DNA of 64,000 nt. It comes from Candidatus Vogelbacteria bacterium RIFOXYD1_FULL_44_32. Lineage in GTDB: Bacteria; Patescibacteriota; Minisyncoccia; Phycocordibacterales; XYD1-FULL-46-19. Each line of letters begins with the position of its first letter. The stretch's first letter is position 1. Both the position numbers and the translations under genes were made by a program. The stretch covers positions 106,869-170,868 of the forward strand of contig MHTJ01000003.1 in assembly GCA_001823065.1 (NCBI GenBank). The letters are read 5' to 3'. The notes beneath the pieces are model-generated. The model did no database searches. It was not told where the DNA came from and was given only the letters and a program-made list of their open reading frames with translations. Of this stretch, positions 55,195-64,000 are shown in pieces.

Positions 55195-55567
55195 TAAAAA
55201 TGAAATGACGCATATACGCGCGTTCTTTCTCTTCCATTCTACTACTATGAGCGTATCCTTTCAAATGTAAGAGGCCGTGGATAAAGATAAAAGCGCAATG
55301 GGCCCGGGGAGAATGACCAAAATTTTTACATTCGCGTCGCACTTGAATTAAATTTATAAAAATTTCACCAGTTGATTTGGCAATCGGAAAAGATAAAACA
55401 TTGGGGATATAAGTTTTACCGCGGTGAGTGTGGTTTAGCTTGCGGGCGCGCTGGTCACCAATAAAAACTAAAGATAAGTCATATTTGGGACCTAAAATTT
55501 CATCGGCTAAAGCCAAAAAAGGCAGACGCGGTGACGACTGCCTAGTGAGATTAACGCTGGAAAGCAT
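55166..55567 (-). CDS. ybeY: endoribonuclease YbeY (rRNA maturation factor)
   Basis: HGLLHLKGYAH zinc-binding motif. The start is reset to MLSSVN. Confidence 0.8.
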   Translation of the reverse strand: MLSSVNLTRQSSPRLPFLALADEILGPKYDLSLVFIGDQRARKLNHTHRGKTYIPNVLSFPIAKSTGEIFINLIQVRRECKNFGHSPRAHCAFIFIHGLLHLKGYAHSSRMEEKERAYMRHFIFNDQKHRHRP

Positions 55568-55787
55568 CTTTGATTTTACCTTCCTTGCGGAGGGTTTGGA
55601 GGGTATGGAATTTGGCAATCCGCTTAAGCTTGTCTTGCTTTTTTTTAAGCGCCGATTTAGTGCGAGTGGAGTAGCGAATAGTGCGTGCTAGTTGCAAGTG
55701 GCCAACGCCTTTGACACGTTTAGAAAACCTCCGGAGGAGGCTGGCATTGGATTCACTGCCGGTCTTGTCGACAACAACGACTATCAT
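55551..55787 (-). CDS. rpsU: 30S ribosomal protein S21 (probable)
   Basis: From the internal Met: MIVVVVDKTGSESNASLLRRFSKRV... is basic and 78 aa, resembling the S21 N-terminus (ALRRFKR). Confidence 0.55.
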   Translation of the reverse strand: MIVVVVDKTGSESNASLLRRFSKRVKGVGHLQLARTIRYSTRTKSALKKKQDKLKRIAKFHTLQTLRKEGKIKDAFQR

Positions 55788-55840
55788 AATAGGAAAGAGC
55801 TTAACATATTGGCCCAAAACATACAAGAGTACTGTGTGAT

Positions 55841-57154
55841 TTACTTAATTTTTTTCAAGTAGTCGGCCAATTTGTCCAGCTTGATGGTATCTTGGGAGCG
55901 GGTATCCATATCACGGACAATTACCGTCCCTTCTAGGGCCTCTTTTTGCCCCAAAATAATTGCATAAGGAACACCAAGTTTTTCGGCATTACCGAGCTGG
56001 GCCGAGAGGGAATCCTTGGTCAATGATTGGGCGACCGGAATCTTGGCCTTACGGAGAATCTCAATAATTTCAAAGCTCCGTAGTTTGGCATCAAAGGAAA
56101 GCTGGATAAAAAATACTTTTGGTTTTTTTACAATTCGGGGGACTGGTTTATTGTAGTCGGCCAATTCAATGACGCGGTCGACACCAATAGCGGCGCCCAT
56201 GCCCGGTATATCTCTCTTGCCCGAAAGAATTTTACCCAGATAATCATAGCGTCCACCACCAGCCACTGATAGGGGTTCTGGGTCGGTGGCGGTGGCCTCT
56301 GGTACTATTTCAAATACCGTGTGTGAGTAATAGTCTAAGCCACGCACTAAGGTACTAGAAATCGTATAATTGATATTCATGGAACTTAAATACTCCAATA
56401 CTTCTTTGAAGTGGGTCTTACTGTCGGGCGACAGTGAGGCAATAGTTTCTGGGGCTTCGGCTTTAATAGGGGCACATTTTGGATTTTTACAATCTAAAAC
56501 TCGGAGAGGATTTATTTTTAGCCGTTCGCGACATTCGGGGCAAATCGTTTTGGCATGTTTTTTATAATAGGCCAACAGCTCACGTTTGTAGGCCGTCTGA
56601 GATTCCTTGTCACCAATACTATTAATAATAACGGTCTGATTTTTGATTCCCACTTCGGTTAAAATCAAAGAAATAATTTTAATCACCGTGGCATCCACAA
56701 TACTTTTTTTGGAGCCAAGAATTTCTAAATTAAATTGGTAGAGCTGGCGGTAGCGACCACGCTGGGGGTTGTCGTGGCGGAACAAGGGGCCATGGCTATA
56801 AAGCATCACGGGTTGGGGCCGTGATTGCATGCCGTGTTCAAAATAAGCGCGCATTACCGCGGCGGTAAACTCGGGGCGCAGAGCCAGCCGGTCACCCCCA
56901 CGGGTTTTTAGGGTGTACATTTCTTTATCTACAATATCGGTGCCATTGCCAACCCCCCGCGCAAAAAGAGATTCCTTTTCTAAAATAGGGGTTTCAATGG
57001 GCGTAAAACCATAATACATGGCAATTTCGGCGGCTTTTTCGAAAAATCCCTGATAGTAAAGTAGATCATTGCCAATCAGGTCTCGCATTCCCTTTGGACT
57101 TTGTAGCTCATCCTTAGACACAATCTTTTTTACGGCTGTTGGTTTGGGGGTCAT
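55841..57154 (-). CDS. hisS: histidyl-tRNA synthetase
   Basis: Class II motifs, an HisRS-like RLALRPEFTA and GGGRYD. 437 aa. Confidence 0.9.
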   Translation of the reverse strand: MTPKPTAVKKIVSKDELQSPKGMRDLIGNDLLYYQGFFEKAAEIAMYYGFTPIETPILEKESLFARGVGNGTDIVDKEMYTLKTRGGDRLALRPEFTAAVMRAYFEHGMQSRPQPVMLYSHGPLFRHDNPQRGRYRQLYQFNLEILGSKKSIVDATVIKIISLILTEVGIKNQTVIINSIGDKESQTAYKRELLAYYKKHAKTICPECRERLKINPLRVLDCKNPKCAPIKAEAPETIASLSPDSKTHFKEVLEYLSSMNINYTISSTLVRGLDYYSHTVFEIVPEATATDPEPLSVAGGGRYDYLGKILSGKRDIPGMGAAIGVDRVIELADYNKPVPRIVKKPKVFFIQLSFDAKLRSFEIIEILRKAKIPVAQSLTKDSLSAQLGNAEKLGVPYAIILGQKEALEGTVIVRDMDTRSQDTIKLDKLADYLKKIK

Positions 57155-57160
57155 AAAGGG

Positions 57161-57721
57161 TTATTGGTTAGAGGAACTAAAATCGCCAGGTAAAATAGAC
57201 GCGGTTTTCAAGGGGAAGAGGCGTAGACCCACCCGGCCTTTAATAAATTTATCGGCGACTGGACCCCAAATCCGGGAATCGGAGCTGGCGTTACGATTGT
57301 CACCCAGCACAAAATATTCGTCAGCGCCTAGACTAATTGTTTCAGCGGTGTAGGAAATATCAGCGCCTAGATAGGGTTCGGTCAGGGTAATGTCTTGATT
57401 GGCGGTGGTTTTAATATTTATTGCTGTCGGGGAAATAGTAATAGTTTCGCCCGGTAAGCCAATCACTCTTTTAATATAAAATTTTGACGGGTCTTTGGGA
57501 TAACGAAAAACCACCACTTCACCACGCTCTGGCTCGCGAAAGTGATAAGACATTTCGTCGATAATAAGATATTCACCGTTCTCGAAAGTGGGAACCATCG
57601 AGACCCCGCTAACGATAAAAGGCTGGGCAACATAAGCGCGAACGGGAATCACTATCACCAGGGTGATCAAGGCAAAACGTAAAACATCAAAAATTGTCTG
57701 CTTGGGGTCATCGAGAGGCAT
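57161..57721 (-). CDS. lepB: signal peptidase I
   Basis: SGVSMVPT (SM.PT box), KRVIGLPGE and GDNRNASSDSR. Confidence 0.85.
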   Translation of the reverse strand: MPLDDPKQTIFDVLRFALITLVIVIPVRAYVAQPFIVSGVSMVPTFENGEYLIIDEMSYHFREPERGEVVVFRYPKDPSKFYIKRVIGLPGETITISPTAINIKTTANQDITLTEPYLGADISYTAETISLGADEYFVLGDNRNASSDSRIWGPVADKFIKGRVGLRLFPLKTASILPGDFSSSNQ

Positions 57722-57809
57722 AAAAATAGTTAGACGCTTATAATAGTCGTTAAATTATACAAGATTAGAGGGCTAGACGCAATGTGGCAATTTATCGTAT
57801 AATTGGCCG

Positions 57810-58412
57810 ATGGGATTATTTCAAAAATTATTTGGGCCGAAAGTGGAGGTAACTGATGTCTGGTTGGTGGTGGGCCTTGGTAATCCGGGGTCACGCTACG
57901 AAAAAACTAGGCATAATGCGGGGCGAGATGCCTTGTTGGCCGTCGCCAACCATTTTAATTTTCAACCTTGGGCGGTAGTAAAAAAACACGAGGCTCAGAT
58001 TGCAACTGGTCAAATAGCTGGTCAGTCAGTTTTTTTATTTTTACCTGATACCTATATGAATTTGTCAGGCCATAGTCTACGTTCTTATTTACGTTTTTTA
58101 GCGATTAGACCACAAATAATTATTGTTCATGATGATATCGATTTACCACTAGGTAAAGTTCGCCTCGGTCAGGGGCGGGGAGCCGGTGGGCACAATGGCG
58201 TTGCTTCGGTGATAAAAGAAATTGGTACGCCCAATTTTATGCGCCTAAGATTGGGTGTTGGTCGCGATGAAACTGGGGCCACGGAATCGGTTTTGAAAAC
58301 AGTTCCCGCTGATAGACGGCTAGAGTTTGAGGCGATGAAAGATAAAGTCGGGGCCATTTTAGCCACCATCATTGAGTCTGGGCTGGAACCAGCGATGAAT
58401 AAATATAATTAA
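57810..58412 (+). CDS. pth: peptidyl-tRNA hydrolase
   Basis: GLGNPG...Y..TRHNAG and GGHNG motifs. Confidence 0.85.
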   Translation: MGLFQKLFGPKVEVTDVWLVVGLGNPGSRYEKTRHNAGRDALLAVANHFNFQPWAVVKKHEAQIATGQIAGQSVFLFLPDTYMNLSGHSLRSYLRFLAIRPQIIIVHDDIDLPLGKVRLGQGRGAGGHNGVASVIKEIGTPNFMRLRLGVGRDETGATESVLKTVPADRRLEFEAMKDKVGAILATIIESGLEPAMNKYN

Positions 58413-58420
58413 ACATTTAA

Positions 58421-58457
58421 AAATCCCCCGCCGGCGTAGCCGGCGGGGGATTTTTTT
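58421..58457. terminator. bidirectional rho-independent terminator between pth and rpsA
   Basis: aaatcccccgccgg-cgtagc-cggcgggggattttttt. Confidence 0.75.
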
Positions 58458-58461
58458 AAAC

Positions 58462-59673
58462 CTACACCACTGTTTCTTCTTTTTTGACTCGGCCTCGCCC
58501 TTTGGGTTTTTCCGGGCTAGCAAGCACCTCGGCTTTTTTATCGCCAAAAACCAAGGTCATCCGTTGGTCCTTCGATTCAAACAAATTAATTGTGAAAGTA
58601 TATGATTTACCTAATTCAAGCTTAGACCGTAAATCATTTTCGTCGACAAACTCGGAAATATGAACCAAGCCGGCGACCCCTTCGTCGATAGAAATAAGGG
58701 CCCCGTGTTTATTGTATTTTATTACCACACCTGAAACCACATCACCACGATGCCATTTATTTTCGGCCTCATGCCATGGGTTTGGTTTTAGAGCTTTTAT
58801 TGACAGCGAAATTTTGTCGTCTTTCACTTCAATAATCTTGGCGCGGACTTTGTCACCGGGTTTATAGAGACTGCGTGGGTCTTCGACTAGGGACCAATCT
58901 AGCTCAGAAATATGCACCAACCCTTCCAACCCTTCTTCAATTTTAATAAAAATACCAAAATCAACCGCTCCGGTTACTTCACCCTCGATTACATCACCCA
59001 AGCCATAACGGTCGACAATTTCTTTGCGGGATTTATTGTCCGTAGTTTTTTCGGAGAAAATCAATTTGCCCTCTTTGGGGTCAATACCAATAATACTGAC
59101 CTCCAGTTGGGTGCCAATTAATTTTTCTAATTCATTAACAATTTTATCTTTGTCACCATCGGCGACGCGAGGGTAGTGCTCTGGCTTTAGTTGAGAGGCG
59201 GGGACGAAACCATCCATTCCTTGCCACTCCAAAATCAGGCCACCTTTATTGGCTTCTTTCACAGTAATTAAAAATACCTCTTTGTGCTTCATCGCCTTTT
59301 CGGCCGCATCCCACATAATCGCTTGCTTGGCCTCCTTGAGCGAAAGTTCAATATAACCGTTTTTTCCTTCTGTCTCTACGACTTTGGCGGTCACCGAATC
59401 CCCGAAATTTACCTTTTTGATAATATCACGGGCATTTAGATATTCACGACCAAAAATAATACCGGTGCCAAACGGGGAGATATCCACATATAAAGTCATC
59501 TTCTCTTTGCCAAGCACTGTCCCCTCGATCAACATATCAGGGGTTGGTTTAATTTGAGTTTGGCGCACAATCTCATCCATTACACCCTTGGGTTGGCTGT
59601 CTTTGTCGGCATCAACTGGGTCAGCCATATTAGTTTTACTCACCTCATCACTATTTTTTAAAGTATTTTCCAT
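58462..59673 (-). CDS. rpsA: 30S ribosomal protein S1 (short, four S1 domains)
   Basis: Repeated S1-domain patterns (G.V.G.V....GIFV....GLVHISE). Confidence 0.8.
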   Translation of the reverse strand: MENTLKNSDEVSKTNMADPVDADKDSQPKGVMDEIVRQTQIKPTPDMLIEGTVLGKEKMTLYVDISPFGTGIIFGREYLNARDIIKKVNFGDSVTAKVVETEGKNGYIELSLKEAKQAIMWDAAEKAMKHKEVFLITVKEANKGGLILEWQGMDGFVPASQLKPEHYPRVADGDKDKIVNELEKLIGTQLEVSIIGIDPKEGKLIFSEKTTDNKSRKEIVDRYGLGDVIEGEVTGAVDFGIFIKIEEGLEGLVHISELDWSLVEDPRSLYKPGDKVRAKIIEVKDDKISLSIKALKPNPWHEAENKWHRGDVVSGVVIKYNKHGALISIDEGVAGLVHISEFVDENDLRSKLELGKSYTFTINLFESKDQRMTLVFGDKKAEVLASPEKPKGRGRVKKEETVV

Positions 59674-59867
59674 CGTTTTTGCTTTAGCCTCAGTTTTCTG
59701 ATGACCGAGACCTTGCCTTGGTCAAAACCAAGCCAAGGGCTTTGTTATTTTGACTGTTAGCAAGACTTTTAATAGCCGGCAGTATTACATAAAATACTTA
59801 TTTTGACAAGGTAAAATAGGGCTCAACCGAGCTTTTAATTTATCATAGTTTTTGTTATAATAAATGA

Positions 59868-60491
59868 ATGGTTATTACATATTTAGGCACCGGCTTTATC
59901 AAGGTCACATTTGGTGAGACGGTTATTGCCTTAAATCCAACCAGTAAAGAGTTTAATGGTAAAAGCGCCCGCTTTGGGGCCGATGTGGTTTTGGTCAGTG
60001 CTCCTTTGCCGGCTTTTGCTGGCGTGGAGGGGCTGACGGGCGGCGGCAAAGAACCCTTTGTCATCGATGGCCCGGGTGAATATGAACACTCGGATATTTT
60101 TATTAAGGGTTATCCTTCGGCTGGTCCAGCTGGGACGGTCAATACTATTTATAGTTTTTTGTTGGAAGGGATGCGGGTGGTGTCACTGGGGGCCCTGGCC
60201 ACTGCTGATTTAGCTTCAGAAATAATTGAAGATATTAGTGGGGCAGATATTTTAATTGTGCCGACGGGGGCCGAAGATAGTCTCGCTGGTCGACTGGCGG
60301 GCAAATTGGCGTCGGCCCTTGACCCAAAAATTATTATTCCCGTTTTACACGAGGGACTAAAATCGGCTGGCCTAAAAGAGTTTATGGATGAAGCGGGTGA
60401 GCCAGCCGGTGGGGCGCAAGATAAACTTTCGCTAAAAAAGAAAGATTTAGAAGGTAAGGAGGCCGAGGTGGTAGTCCTGGAGGCAATTTAG
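59868..60491 (+). CDS. hypothetical protein, possibly a degenerate MBL-fold (UPF0173-like) protein
   Basis: The N-terminal ITYLGTGF...VIALNP pattern resembles MBL-fold hydrolases, but the HxHxDH motif is absent. Confidence 0.35.
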   Translation: MVITYLGTGFIKVTFGETVIALNPTSKEFNGKSARFGADVVLVSAPLPAFAGVEGLTGGGKEPFVIDGPGEYEHSDIFIKGYPSAGPAGTVNTIYSFLLEGMRVVSLGALATADLASEIIEDISGADILIVPTGAEDSLAGRLAGKLASALDPKIIIPVLHEGLKSAGLKEFMDEAGEPAGGAQDKLSLKKKDLEGKEAEVVVLEAI

Positions 60492-60493
60492 TT

Positions 60494-60754
60494 ATGTCTT
60501 TTATCTTCCGTAAACTGGACGAAATAAGAGCTTATCCGGAACCCAAACGGAAGCAGATTTTGCTGGTCTCGACATTCGCTATCACCTTGCTTATTATCTT
60601 ATTGTGGTTGTTAAATATTTGGTTACTCTCGGCCGGACCAAAGACCCAAACAGATTCGGCCAACTTTGATTTTGGCGCTAATATAGAGCGAGAGTGGCAC
60701 CGGATCGAGCTTGGCCTAGGGGCGTTAAAAAATACCATCAGCAATCAATTTTAA
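60494..60754 (+). CDS. small membrane protein (86 aa)
   Basis: One TM helix. Confidence 0.4.
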   Translation: MSFIFRKLDEIRAYPEPKRKQILLVSTFAITLLIILLWLLNIWLLSAGPKTQTDSANFDFGANIEREWHRIELGLGALKNTISNQF

Positions 60755-60760
60755 AAATAT

Positions 60761-63232
60761 ATGGCAAGCGATAAATATAAAAAAGATAAAGAAATAGTGA
60801 CTAGACCACTGGCGGACGGGGTGAAACCAGTCAGTATTGCGCGCGAAATGCAAGAGGCCTATCTGGACTATTCGATGTCAGTGATTGTGTCGCGCGCCCT
60901 GCCGGATGTGCGGGATGGTTTGAAGCCGGTTCACCGCCGGATTCTTTTTTCTATGCACGAGTTGGGTTTGACGGCGGCCTCACGGTTTAAGAAGTCGGCG
61001 ACGATTGTGGGCGATGTGCTGGGTAAATACCACCCGCACGGCGACTCCTCGGTCTATGAGGCGATGGTTAAATTGGCTCAAGATTTTGCTATCCGCTACC
61101 CGCTGGTCTGGGGTCAGGGTAACTTTGGTTCGATTGACGGTGACGGGGCGGCGGCTCATCGCTACACCGAGGCCAAGATGACCAAAATTGCCGGTGAGTT
61201 GTTGCGGGATATTGAAAAAGAGACTGTAGATTTTATGCCCAACTTCGATGGTGAGCGTAAAGAGCCGGTGGTTTTGCCGGCGGCCGTGCCCAATATTCTC
61301 CTCAATGGTACTTTTGGGATTGCGGTTGGTATGGCAACCAAAATTCCGCCCCATAACTTGGGTGAAGTGGTTGACGCTTTACTGCATTTTGCCGATAATC
61401 CTCAATCGACCAATGAAGATTTATTGCAGTTTGTAAAGGGCCCCGATTTTCCGACTGGGGGAATGATTTTTAATCAAAAAGATATTCACCACGCCTACTC
61501 GACCGGTCGAGGGGGAGTAACAGTGCGGGGTGAAGCCGAGATTGTAGAGACTAAGGCTGGTCAAAATCAAATCATCATCACTTCTATTCCGTATCAGGTC
61601 AATAAATCGGAGATGATTATTAAAATGGCTGATTTGGTGCGGGAGAAAAAAGTAGAAGGGATTAGAGATATTCGTGATGAATCGACCCGAGATATTCGGG
61701 TGGTGATTGACCTAAAAACTGGTAGTCAACCTCAGAAAATTCTCAATGCCTTGTATAAACATACTGATTTAGAAAACGCTTTTCACTATAATATGCTCGC
61801 CCTGGTGGGTGGTGTACCCAAGCTTTTATCACTTCGCTCTATTATTGAAGAATTTTTTGGTTATCGCCAAGAAGTGGTTGTTCGCCGGACCAAATTTGAT
61901 TTGGCCAAAGCCGAAGCCCGTGAGCATATTCTCTTGGGTTTAAAAATTGCCCTTGACCATATTGATGAGGTGATAAAAACTATTCGCAAATCTAAAGATA
62001 CGCCGACCGCTCAGGTGGCGTTGATGAAAGAATTTAAATTATCCGATTTACAGGCCACGGCTATTTTGGAAATGCGGTTGCAAAAATTGGCCGGCCTCGA
62101 AAGACAAAAAGTGGAAGATGAGCTAAAAGAAAAACAGAATTTTATTAAGGAGTGTCTAGCTATTTTGGCGGACCCCAAGAAAATTATTCAAATTGTTAAA
62201 ACTGAATTTCAACAGATTCGCGAAAAATACGCTGACCCACGTCGGACCAAGGTGGTGAAAGGGGGGGTCAAGGAAATAAACGTGGAAGATTTGATTGAGG
62301 AAAAAGAAAATGTGTTGGTGCTCACCTCGGGGGGCTATGTGAAGCGGACCGACCCAGCTGAATATCGAGCCCAAAGACGTGGGGGCTCGGGGGTGATGGA
62401 TTTAAATGTCAAAGAAGAGGATTTTGTGACGATTTTCCTAACTGCCAATACTCATGATGACCTCTTGTTTTTTACCGACAAAGGTAAGGTGTATCAACTG
62501 AAAATGTATGATATTCCCGAGGCCAAGCGGGCCACGCGGGGCAAGTCGGTGATGAATTTCTTGTCACTGTCAGCGGAAGAAAAAGTGACTTCGGTTTTGG
62601 CCTTCAACAAAGCGACCGACCACACTAAATTGGCCGTGTTGATGGTAACCAAAAATGGTGAGGCCAAAAAAGTCAAAGCGGAAAGCTTTAAAGACGTTCG
62701 GCGGACCGGTATTATTGCGATTAAATTGGAAGCTAGTGATGAACTATTGGCGGTTTTTGCGGTTGAAAAGGGCGACACGGCCATTGTGGCGACGCGTGAG
62801 GGCCAAAGCATTCGGTTTAAGGAATCTGATATTCGGGAAATGGGTCGGGCCGCCGGTGGCGTGCGAGCGATTAAGCTTGGTAAATCTGACCGAGTGGTCG
62901 GGGCCGATGTGGTTCAATCGGCCAAGACGGAAGTTGATTTTCTGGTGATGGGTGAAAATGGTTATGGTAAAAAAACTAAACTTAAAGAATATAAAATTCA
63001 GAAACGGGGTGGTTCGGGCATTAAAACTTTTAAAGTCACAGTAAAGACTGGTAAATTGATGTCCTCCCGCGTCCTCACCGAAGTGGAAAGTGAGATTGTG
63101 GCGATCTCTAAACATGGCCAAATCATTCGGACTAGTCTCGATGAGATCCCAACTTTGGGGCGTCAAACTCAGGGCGTGCGGATTATGAAGCTAAAAGGGG
63201 AAGACTCGATAGCGTCGCTGACTTGTTTGTAG
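60761..63232 (+). CDS. gyrA: DNA gyrase subunit A
   Basis: [29 protein letters not shown], the active-site Tyr region AAMRYTE (here AAHRYTE) and the C-terminal beta-pinwheel repeats. Confidence 0.95.
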   Translation: MASDKYKKDKEIVTRPLADGVKPVSIAREMQEAYLDYSMSVIVSRALPDVRDGLKPVHRRILFSMHELGLTAASRFKKSATIVGDVLGKYHPHGDSSVYEAMVKLAQDFAIRYPLVWGQGNFGSIDGDGAAAHRYTEAKMTKIAGELLRDIEKETVDFMPNFDGERKEPVVLPAAVPNILLNGTFGIAVGMATKIPPHNLGEVVDALLHFADNPQSTNEDLLQFVKGPDFPTGGMIFNQKDIHHAYSTGRGGVTVRGEAEIVETKAGQNQIIITSIPYQVNKSEMIIKMADLVREKKVEGIRDIRDESTRDIRVVIDLKTGSQPQKILNALYKHTDLENAFHYNMLALVGGVPKLLSLRSIIEEFFGYRQEVVVRRTKFDLAKAEAREHILLGLKIALDHIDEVIKTIRKSKDTPTAQVALMKEFKLSDLQATAILEMRLQKLAGLERQKVEDELKEKQNFIKECLAILADPKKIIQIVKTEFQQIREKYADPRRTKVVKGGVKEINVEDLIEEKENVLVLTSGGYVKRTDPAEYRAQRRGGSGVMDLNVKEEDFVTIFLTANTHDDLLFFTDKGKVYQLKMYDIPEAKRATRGKSVMNFLSLSAEEKVTSVLAFNKATDHTKLAVLMVTKNGEAKKVKAESFKDVRRTGIIAIKLEASDELLAVFAVEKGDTAIVATREGQSIRFKESDIREMGRAAGGVRAIKLGKSDRVVGADVVQSAKTEVDFLVMGENGYGKKTKLKEYKIQKRGGSGIKTFKVTVKTGKLMSSRVLTEVESEIVAISKHGQIIRTSLDEIPTLGRQTQGVRIMKLKGEDSIASLTCL

Positions 63233-63262
63233 TAAAATATTTGATAAGTAATTTCTTATCAA

Positions 63263-63805
63263 ATGTTTGCTCGTCCTGATCAAATTTTAAATTATCTAGC
63301 GCTTACCCCTGGGATGAAGGTGGCCGATTTTGGTGCGGGTAGTGGTGAATATGTTTTAGGTCTAGCCCGGCGGGTCGCCCCCGGGGGACGGGTGATAGCG
63401 GTGGATATCCAACCAGAATTATTGACCAAAATCGCGGGTCAGGCTAAAGCGTCTAATTTGGGTGATATTGTGGATACAATTTGGGGTGATGTTGAAACCC
63501 GGGGCGGGTCAAAGCTGGCCGACCAAGCTGTCGATGTGGTTATTTTGTCTAATATTATGTTTCAGGTTGATTCGGCTTACTCGCTGGCCCTTGAGGCCAA
63601 GCGCGTTTTAAATTTGGCGGGCAAAGTTTTAGTAGTCGATTGGAAGGATTCTTTTGGCAATCTGGGACCAACTAAAGATAAGGTAATAACTCCGGCTAAA
63701 TGCGAGCAGATTATGAATGAAGCGGGTTTGATTAAAGACAATGAGTTTGAAGCCGGTGACCATCACTATGGCCAGATTTATGTTTTAAACCAAAGCAAGT
63801 TATAA
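63263..63805 (+). CDS. class I SAM-dependent methyltransferase
   Basis: VADFGAGSGEYV motif I and VDVVI motif II. Confidence 0.65.
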   Translation: MFARPDQILNYLALTPGMKVADFGAGSGEYVLGLARRVAPGGRVIAVDIQPELLTKIAGQAKASNLGDIVDTIWGDVETRGGSKLADQAVDVVILSNIMFQVDSAYSLALEAKRVLNLAGKVLVVDWKDSFGNLGPTKDKVITPAKCEQIMNEAGLIKDNEFEAGDHHYGQIYVLNQSKL

Positions 63806-63812
63806 TTTAAGA

Positions 63813-64000
63813 AATGAAAACTGGTATTTTTCAAACAGCCCTGTTGGTAATTTGCGGAGTAGTTATTACGGTCGCAGTTTTAATGTTCTCCGGAGTTTTA
63901 CCTGGGCTAAATTTAGGTGGGGCTAAAGCGGTGCCGGCGGTTATTGTTTGGGGGTCTTTGCCTGAAGTACCGATGAGACAAATGATGGAAAATCTTAATA
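63813..64000 (+). CDS. hypothetical protein, 3'-truncated by window edge
   Basis: ATG at 63813 followed by a hydrophobic N-terminus. The frame is open to the window end. Confidence 0.3.

Overview
The window looks like a small-genome, AT-moderate bacterium. The gene content points to a Candidate-Phyla-Radiation (Patescibacteria-like) organism, but that is inference from the genes seen, not a database result. Most of the window is a compact housekeeping set: nrdJ with a fused ATP-cone, a DsbA/VKOR pair, murJ, lepA, valS, tsaD, hisS, lepB, pth, rpsA, gyrA, ftsZ, ftsA, trxB, pyrD, msrB and ybeY. There is one RNase P RNA gene and six tRNA genes. Several foreign-looking insertions are scattered through it. 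(1) Positions 1-5.7 kb are GC-rich and phage-like, with a ParB-DNA methyltransferase fusion and a second DPPY methyltransferase. (2) A 4.8 kb gene encodes a 1595-aa protein whose C-terminus carries a Pol-beta/CD-NTase-like nucleotidyltransferase motif. (3) A tRNA-Phe gene is split by a roughly 265-nt group I intron and is followed by degenerate tandem repeats that each start with a copy of the tRNA 3' end. (4) An AT-rich island at 35.6-43 kb encodes a PLD-SNF2 helicase fusion immediately followed by a 1075-aa Eco57I/PglX/DrmMI-like N6-adenine methyltransferase. This is a DISARM-like but unusually compact candidate defence module and the best candidate here for an undescribed system. (5) Repeat-flanked cassettes include a histidine-phosphatase gene bracketed by a duplicated gene 3' end, and a GC-rich secreted beta-helix protein bracketed by roughly 115-bp direct repeats that carry an ArsR-operator-like palindrome. 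All calls rest on motif recognition by eye. No searches were run.
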